From Piedraia hortae CBS 480.64 (lineage: Eukaryota), in NCBI GenBank assembly GCA_010093745.1, contig MU006016.1:62001-89378 (forward strand): a stretch of 27,378 bases of DNA, written 5' to 3'. Below the pieces are notes generated by a model. It had not been told where the DNA came from and searched no databases. It was given only the letters and a program-made list of their open reading frames with translations. This document shows positions 21,433-27,378 of this stretch, piece by piece. Positions within the stretch are counted from its first letter, which is position 1. Every line of letters starts with the position of its first letter. The position numbers and the translations under genes were made by a program.

Positions 21433-23334
21433 CTACTTTCCGCCCGGATCTAATAACAGGTGCGGCTTGAGATAGTTCTCGTCTAGTTTTTGGAAGAGGC
21501 TCCCGGCATCTTCGCCCGTAGCGTTAAGCAGAGAATCTATGGCTCCTCGGGCCGTCATGGTCGATGTGGAGGCCTCTGACGTCGTTGTGTCTGCGGATAA
21601 TGTGCGGGAAGTCCGCGTCTGGCCGGCTGCGGGCGGGAGGTCAAGATCGTCGTCATCGTCCAAGGGAAGGCCGTTGTCTAGCAGCCCGCGTTCAGCTGCC
21701 GACTGCACGTCGCCGTTGCCGAGGCGTGACGAGTTTCTCCGCGCCATCTTGGGGGTTGATTTAGGCGTCGACTGGTTGGAATGGCCGGTGGAGTAGCCAG
21801 AGCCATCGACGTGGTTGAGGTCAATGCCGCGTGGGCGATTGCCAAAGCCTCCCTTGCGTGAGAATTGCCTGACGGATCTCGACGGCTCAATGTCGAACTC
21901 GTCGTCGCTGTCGATCTCATCGACGACACCAGTGCGAATGTGCAAAATCTCCAGCATTCGCGCCGTCGTACCGCCAAAGATGATGACCGTCAGCACCACC
22001 ACCACCAAAACTGTTGCGCGCAGTGCAAAGCCATGCGGCCCTGTGAGACCCGCCGCCAGGGCCACGCCGACCGCCCCGCGCAGCCCGGCCCAGAAGATCA
22101 TGACCTTCCAGTTGGTCGGAATCTCCTCAACCACGTCCAGCCCACGTCGTCGTGCGCGTGCGCGTATGAACCAGTTTATGGCGCCTGAGAGAGAGAAGAC
22201 GGCGCAATAGCGAGCCACGCAGATGCCAACGACGGTTACCAGAATAAACAGCGGCTTGTACTCGAGCCCCGGCTCAGTGAATAGCGAGAGACCGAGATAT
22301 ATGAAGATGAAGTTCTCCGAGAGGTGCGACAGGACTCCAAACGTGAATTTTGTCGTCAGCTGCGTGCGCCGCGACATGTTGTGATAAGCGTAGTGCTTGA
22401 GGCAGATGCCGCAGAAAAGCAGCGACACGATGCCGCTCATGTGGATGGCATTGGCGAAGAAATACGAGGCATACGCAATCAGGATGACTAGACAACTCTC
22501 AATTTTGGGCTCGCGCCGTACGTGGGTAAACTTCAGCAACAAGCTCGTTGCCAGTCCAATCACCAGACCCAGAGCCAGAGAACCAAAGAAGACCAGCAAG
22601 AAGATTCCAATCGATTCAAACAGGCTCAGCAGCGTCAGCTTGCCGGCTGTAGCACCTTCACGGTACTTTTGCGCCGTCTCAAACAGCACAATGGCAATAG
22701 CATCGTTGAGGATGCTCTCGCCAAAGATGACCGTGTACAGCTTCGGGTCAACCTTGTACGTGTTGAAGATGGCCAGGATCGTGACAGGATCCGTAGCCGA
22801 GAGAGTCGCTCCCACAGCCATGGCATCGACAAATGACAAGTCAAGGCCCTCGATTGGAATGCGCGTCCAGAGATACAAAATGCAGCCCAGCACCAGAGCC
22901 GAGATGAAGGTGCCAGCAAAAGCAAATGTGATTATGGTGCCAATGTTGCGGAAGAAGTTGCCCTGGTGGAGCTCATAGCCACTGGCAAGGATGATGGGTG
23001 GAAGCAGAAGGTTGAAGAAGAACTGGTAGTCGAATGAGACGGCGTCCAGCACCGATGTGACGGCCGTCAGCCGCAGCGTCAGGCCGATCACCATCCCGGC
23101 AAAGATGCTGATGACCGTCTCGTGCACCGCCTGGATTTTCTTTGATTGCAACACATAGCTGGTGAAGAAGGCGATGATCAGCAGCACAATGAGGATCAAC
23201 AGCGCCCATGACGAGTAGATTTCCTTCTGACCGGCCTCGGGATCCTCCTCTGGGTCGGAGTCGCTGGCTTTGCGTACTGCCAGCCGGACACCTAGCCCGA
23301 GGCCATCCTGGGCAAGTGTCCGTACACTCGTCAT
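21433..23334 (-). CDS. NHX1: Endosomal Na+(K+)/H+ antiporter Nhx1, intronless
   Basis: Motifs EIYSSWAL, FFNLLLPPII, LSATDPVTILAIF, FGESILNDAIAIV, WAGLRGAVGVALA; acidic/Ser-rich C-terminal tail. Confidence 0.96.
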   Translation of the reverse strand: MTSVRTLAQDGLGLGVRLAVRKASDSDPEEDPEAGQKEIYSSWALLILIVLLIIAFFTSYVLQSKKIQAVHETVISIFAGMVIGLTLRLTAVTSVLDAVSFDYQFFFNLLLPPIILASGYELHQGNFFRNIGTIITFAFAGTFISALVLGCILYLWTRIPIEGLDLSFVDAMAVGATLSATDPVTILAIFNTYKVDPKLYTVIFGESILNDAIAIVLFETAQKYREGATAGKLTLLSLFESIGIFLLVFFGSLALGLVIGLATSLLLKFTHVRREPKIESCLVILIAYASYFFANAIHMSGIVSLLFCGICLKHYAYHNMSRRTQLTTKFTFGVLSHLSENFIFIYLGLSLFTEPGLEYKPLFILVTVVGICVARYCAVFSLSGAINWFIRARARRRGLDVVEEIPTNWKVMIFWAGLRGAVGVALAAGLTGPHGFALRATVLVVVVLTVIIFGGTTARMLEILHIRTGVVDEIDSDDEFDIEPSRSVRQFSRKGGFGNRPRGIDLNHVDGSGYSTGHSNQSTPKSTPKMARRNSSRLGNGDVQSAAERGLLDNGLPLDDDDDLDLPPAAGQTRTSRTLSADTTTSEASTSTMTARGAIDSLLNATGEDAGSLFQKLDENYLKPHLLLDPGGK

Positions 23335-23589
23335 CTTATCTCAAGCTCTGCTCAGCGGTATTGGCGCTCATGGTCGTCGTCGATGTAAAGTTGGTTCGGT
23401 CCGCTGCGGTTGTTCCCGTCCGCATCTGCCCTGGCATGGATGTTGCAGATCGCGCTAGCGTGTAACAACTGACGACCGCATCCGGACTAGCGTATGTAGC
23501 CTTACCCAAGACACCGTGTGAACAGTGAACAATGAGAGGCGCGCGATCAGCATAGAGAACACCATGTGAGCCATTTTCTCAAATCTGCA

Positions 23590-25284
23590 ATGGAAGATCC
23601 GCGATCCAGCCATACACCGACTCCAACTCCCCCGCTCCCTTTTTCAGCTCCCACACCACCCCCCGAACCCTCTACAAACCATTCACAATTGGAGCCGTCC
23701 GAAGCACACGATCGCGGCAACGAGCAGAGCCCTCTCCTCGGTCCATATGGAGAGGAGCTGAACCGCGTGCCGTCGCTGCAGAACCTGGAAGGAGAGTGCC
23801 GGGAAGAATCCAAAAGTAGCATATATCTCTTTCTCCTGACCGTTTCCATGGGAGGTCTGCAACTTGCCTGGTCGGTTGAACTTTCAAATGGGTCTCCCTA
23901 TCTCCTCGGCCTCGGTATATCAAAATCCCTGTTAGCTTTGGTCTGGATTGCTGGGCCTCTCTCCGGCACCCTGGTGCAGCCATATGTTGGCCTCAAATCT
24001 GACCAGTTTCGTTCTCGCTTCGGCAGACGTCGGCCTTTTATGGTCGGGGGAGCTCTTGCGACGACCCTGTCGTTTTTGGTCCTTGCCTGGGCTCGGGAAA
24101 TAGTCTCCTGTGTCTTGTCTATATTCGGTATGGCGCCTGACTCTCATGTTGCTGCCAAAACAGCCATCATTCTGGCTGTCACCATGATCTACATCTTGGA
24201 CTTTTCAATCAACGTTGTCCAGGCTGCTATCAGGGCTTTCATCGTTGACAATGCGCCTCAGCATCAGCAGGATAGTGCCAACGCATGGGCATCGCGATTG
24301 AGCGGCGTGGGGAACATCGTAGGCTACCTATTCGGTTACACTAACCTCCCAAAGTACCTCTGGTTTTTTGGCAACACTCAGTTCAAAGTGCTGTCTATCA
24401 TAGCCTGCGTGGCACTCTTTCTTACCCTCAGCGTATCATGCCTCAGCATTCAAGAGGCCGATTCCCGTCGCGGTGACATTATCAGAGAGTCGGGAAGTGT
24501 TTCTGGGTTCTTCAAAGACCTCATACGTTCTGTTCGCAAGCTGCCACCCCAAGTCCGCAAAGTCTGTCTGGTACAACTTGCCGCTTGGATTGGCTGGTTT
24601 CCTTTTCTATTCTACATCACTACCTACGTTGGCGAGATCTATGTCGACCCCATTTTCAAAAAGAATCCGCACTTACCGTCTGAAGATATCGACCGTACAT
24701 GGGAGCATGCCACGCGCATCGGCACCTTTTCCCTGCTCATCTTCTCCCTCACCACATTCGCTGCCAGCGTTTTCCTGCCGCTCATGGTGGCACAGCAGAC
24801 CTCGCCAGAGCAGAAATTGGTAAAGAGCAAGCTCGGTCGTGTTTTCTCACTGGAAATTCCCTGGTTGACGCTTCGTCGGACATGGATGCTTTCCCACATC
24901 CTGTTCTTTATCCTTACCTGGCTCACCTTTGCTGTCAGCTCCGTTCCAGGCGCGACCGTGCTCGTGGCATTCATCGGCATCCCCTGGGCTGTGACGAATT
25001 GGGCCCCATTTGCCCTAATTGCAGCGGAAATATCAAGAGAGCCAAATGGTGGGGAAGCTGGTCCAGGTAATTCACCAAGCCAGACAGGTGTAGTATTGGG
25101 CATTCACAATGTCGCCATTGCGGCTCCACAGGTCATTGCGACGCTGGTCAGCTCAGCAATCTTCAAGGCGCTTCAGAAGCCCAGGGGGTCCCCTGGAGAT
25201 GATAGTGTGGCCTGGGTACTACGATTTGGCGGTCTTGCAGCCCTAGTGGCCGCACTTTTGACCACTCAAGTCGAGAAATCTTGA
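23590..25284 (+). CDS. MFS sucrose/alpha-glucoside:H+ symporter (Sut1-like, GPH family), intronless
   Basis: Motifs GGLQLAWSVELSNGSPYL, WIAGPLSGTLVQPYVG..SD..RSRFGRRRPF, LDFSINVVQAAIRAFIVD, WIGWFPFLFY, LGIHNVAIAAPQ; about 12 TM segments. First in-frame ATG is 23590. Confidence 0.92.
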   Translation: MEDPRSSHTPTPTPPLPFSAPTPPPEPSTNHSQLEPSEAHDRGNEQSPLLGPYGEELNRVPSLQNLEGECREESKSSIYLFLLTVSMGGLQLAWSVELSNGSPYLLGLGISKSLLALVWIAGPLSGTLVQPYVGLKSDQFRSRFGRRRPFMVGGALATTLSFLVLAWAREIVSCVLSIFGMAPDSHVAAKTAIILAVTMIYILDFSINVVQAAIRAFIVDNAPQHQQDSANAWASRLSGVGNIVGYLFGYTNLPKYLWFFGNTQFKVLSIIACVALFLTLSVSCLSIQEADSRRGDIIRESGSVSGFFKDLIRSVRKLPPQVRKVCLVQLAAWIGWFPFLFYITTYVGEIYVDPIFKKNPHLPSEDIDRTWEHATRIGTFSLLIFSLTTFAASVFLPLMVAQQTSPEQKLVKSKLGRVFSLEIPWLTLRRTWMLSHILFFILTWLTFAVSSVPGATVLVAFIGIPWAVTNWAPFALIAAEISREPNGGEAGPGNSPSQTGVVLGIHNVAIAAPQVIATLVSSAIFKALQKPRGSPGDDSVAWVLRFGGLAALVAALLTTQVEKS

Positions 25285-25649
25285 TGATTGACGGTCGCGT
25301 TAGGTAGAATTAATGTGTACACTAAAATTTCGAGTTTGAACTTCATTCTATATTGCTGCCTTTATTGAATCATGAACATTATATTACTTCAAAGGCCTCT
25401 TGTAGAGCCTCATCTGATTATGCCCAATCATCGCTACCGATTTCGTGATGACCTCCAAACTATCCCCTATGGTGTCGAAGCTAAAAAGGGCATCTCTCGA
25501 CGATTATGTGTACTGGTGCACTGTCATAAACGGCCTCTAATACTACTTATCGGTGCAGGTAGAGCGATCAGGCTATGTCACTTCGTCACATAATTCTATA
25601 TCTGGCAATCGCAGCAAAACTAGCTCTCACTACAAAAATTTCCTCTTTT

Positions 25650-27030
25650 ACCAAAAACTCACATCACAGCGCCCACACTTCACACACTGTTCGAAGTTCA
25701 CCACCCCAACCACCAAGACTCTTTGATAAGTAAGGCCACACAACCACTTTCATCACGCAAAAATCCTGACCAATCTCTCCCAAGCCTTCATAAAAACGAC
25801 ATCCATGTTTTCCTGGGCCCGCAAGACCGACATGGAAGTCATAGAACTCGGCGAACATCGCGAGAACAACAAGGCCGTTTTCAGTCATCAAAGATAAATA
25901 TGACGCCTACGCCGAGTCATCAAGTGTTTATGGATTGCTGGGGGAGACTCTGTATAAGATGACGTTCTGCTTTTTCGGACTTACAGGCCAGTGCATGATG
26001 AGGAATGTTGCTGTTTGTGTCTTCATTTTGCCATGCAAAGGGACTTCAATTCGGATGGATCCGTACATGGCAAGGGGGGTTTGTAGCTAGCGGAGTAGCA
26101 TGATGCACTTTTTCAATACGGTATAGCATTTGAATTATTGAATCGTTATTGCTTCACTTCATGAGAATACATACGAGGAGGACACCAGCTCATGTATGAA
26201 TTTTCCTTTGCATCCAATTGACACAGAGTGTAGATGCAGGATTACACGCTGAGAGTGAGAATCCTCCCCACCTATACTGTAAAAACAACAACCCGTGGAT
26301 GTCGAAGATCTGCTTTGACTGACTCAGCCTTGCCTACCTGTACTAAAATCCACACGTAACAAATGTGACTCATCGACCACCAAAAACTGGAAATCGCAGG
26401 TTCAGTCTGGACTGAATTATCGCCTATAAGACCCCACCACCTTCACAGCAACCTCCAACTCCTCAATACTCACAACAAGGTCAAAGCAAGAGCTCAAGGC
26501 GCGCAAAGATAATAAGCTCCCTCACCATATCCCATGATCAGCCCTCAGGTTCAAGACCTCAACAACATCAATATCAATTATCTAGGCCCGATATCAACCC
26601 ACGGGTTCGAGGTTCGCCAGAACCAACAGCTCCAGTCATTAAGCCCCAAAGCGCCCGTGCACTCTGGACTCCATAGCCAAACCCTCTTGGCGCTACTTCA
26701 CCGACAGCTGCATCTCAACAATCGACCCTGAGATCTCAACCCAGTCCTCAAACCATCCCCACCCAAAGGATCAACCCACCACCCCCACCAATCAAACAAA
26801 GACATTCCCCCGCCTCAGCCCCTCCAATCTCTAACCGCGGCCGATCCCACTACAGATCCCCAGGAGGATCATTTCTCAAGATATTAGAATGGACGATCGC
26901 AACCGCGACAATCCTCGCGTACGGAATATCCCTCCTCTTTGCGTGGTGCTCTGTCTTAATCTGGCTATTTAGGGTTGATGAGTGGTTGTTTCCTGATGTG
27001 TTTGGGGAGTCGAATAAGGGAAGGGGGTGA
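25650..27030 (+). pseudogene. Decayed gene for a Pro/Gln/Ser-rich protein with a C-terminal transmembrane segment
   Basis: Two intron-like segments (25730-25784 GTAAGG..CCTGAC..AAG; 26194-26233 GTATGA..TTGAC..TAG) join frames into one reading ending ILEWTIATATILAYGISLLFAWCSVLIWLFRVDEWLFPDVFGESNKGRG* at 27030. The reading needs one frameshift near 25883 and contains 7 internal stops. 5' limit approximate. Confidence 0.6.
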
Positions 27031-27208
27031 TGGCATTGTTTTGTTACGGTGCTCAGAGGAAAAGATTCAAAAAGTCCCAACAGCAAGGACAATCCGGACT
27101 GTTATCTATTGGGAAGCTAGGATACTATAAACCAATCCAGAGCCGCCGTCCATTCGCGCGTGGTGGCGAGCGTAGCTATGAATAACTAGCAGGGCGCGTC
27201 GGTGTATT

Positions 27209-27311
27209 TGTCAGGGTACGCGTTGGAACTATGTTGTCGCGCGAGGAGATGACTCCAGGCGCGCTACCTCTACTACAGTGAGCACGGACCCTGTCGGCAT
27301 TAGCCGTGACA
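27209..27311 (+). mobile_element. Short solo-LTR-like or MITE-like element (103 bp)
   Basis: Begins TGTCAGGG and ends CCGTGACA (7/8 terminal inverted repeat, TG...CA ends). The 5-bp flanks GTATT and GCATC differ only by two C/T transitions. The first 23 bp recur at 2331. Confidence 0.55.
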
Positions 27312-27378
27312 GCATCAAATTCCCTGTGCGCTTAGGCGGCGCGGTGTTGTGAATATGCGGTATATTACGCGCATTATT

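Noticed and set aside
3668..26922. Peptide TILAY shared by the left micro-ORF (3668-3682) and the right pseudogene TM segment (26908-26922)
   Set aside because: Five hydrophobic-biased residues with no extended similarity are within chance.
26969..26976. TTAGGGTT (minus strand AACCCUAA) as a telomerase RNA template in the ~2-kb gene-free right flank
   Set aside because: Only 8 nt long, it lies within the transmembrane-coding end of the plus-strand pseudogene, and no pseudoknot or CR4/5 element was recognisable.
25650..27030. Functional gene rescued by stop-codon readthrough or restorative A-to-I editing
   Set aside because: Seven stops of all three types plus a frameshift and no clear start codon; simple pseudogenisation is more parsimonious.
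2331..27311. Starship-like giant mobile element bounded by the direct repeats
   Set aside because: There is no tyrosine-recombinase captain or other mobility gene, and the enclosed genes are mostly core housekeeping genes.

Overview
Eukaryotic DNA from a filamentous ascomycete with a very compact genome. The evidence is fungal spliceosomal introns, mostly 46-49 nt, and intergenic gaps often near 100 bp. The window opens in the 3' part of a Mei2-like RRM gene. From 4774 to 25284 it holds 13 tightly packed genes, mostly housekeeping: GPI7, RMP1, an importin-13-like karyopherin, PBN1/PIG-X, succinyl-CoA ligase alpha, a derlin, LYS9, S1/P1 nuclease, GET5, CWC27, cofilin, NHX1 and a Sut1-like sugar transporter. 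Both flanks (~1000-4600 and ~25300-27378) lack intact genes. They contain decayed gene remnants, a degenerate tandem repeat, and two copies of a 23-bp LTR-end-like motif. The best unannotated feature is a box C/D snoRNA in the succinyl-CoA ligase intron, with a 14-nt guide complementary to 25S rRNA beside the peptidyl-transferase centre. No convincing new multi-gene system was found. All family calls come from motif recognition, not database searches.
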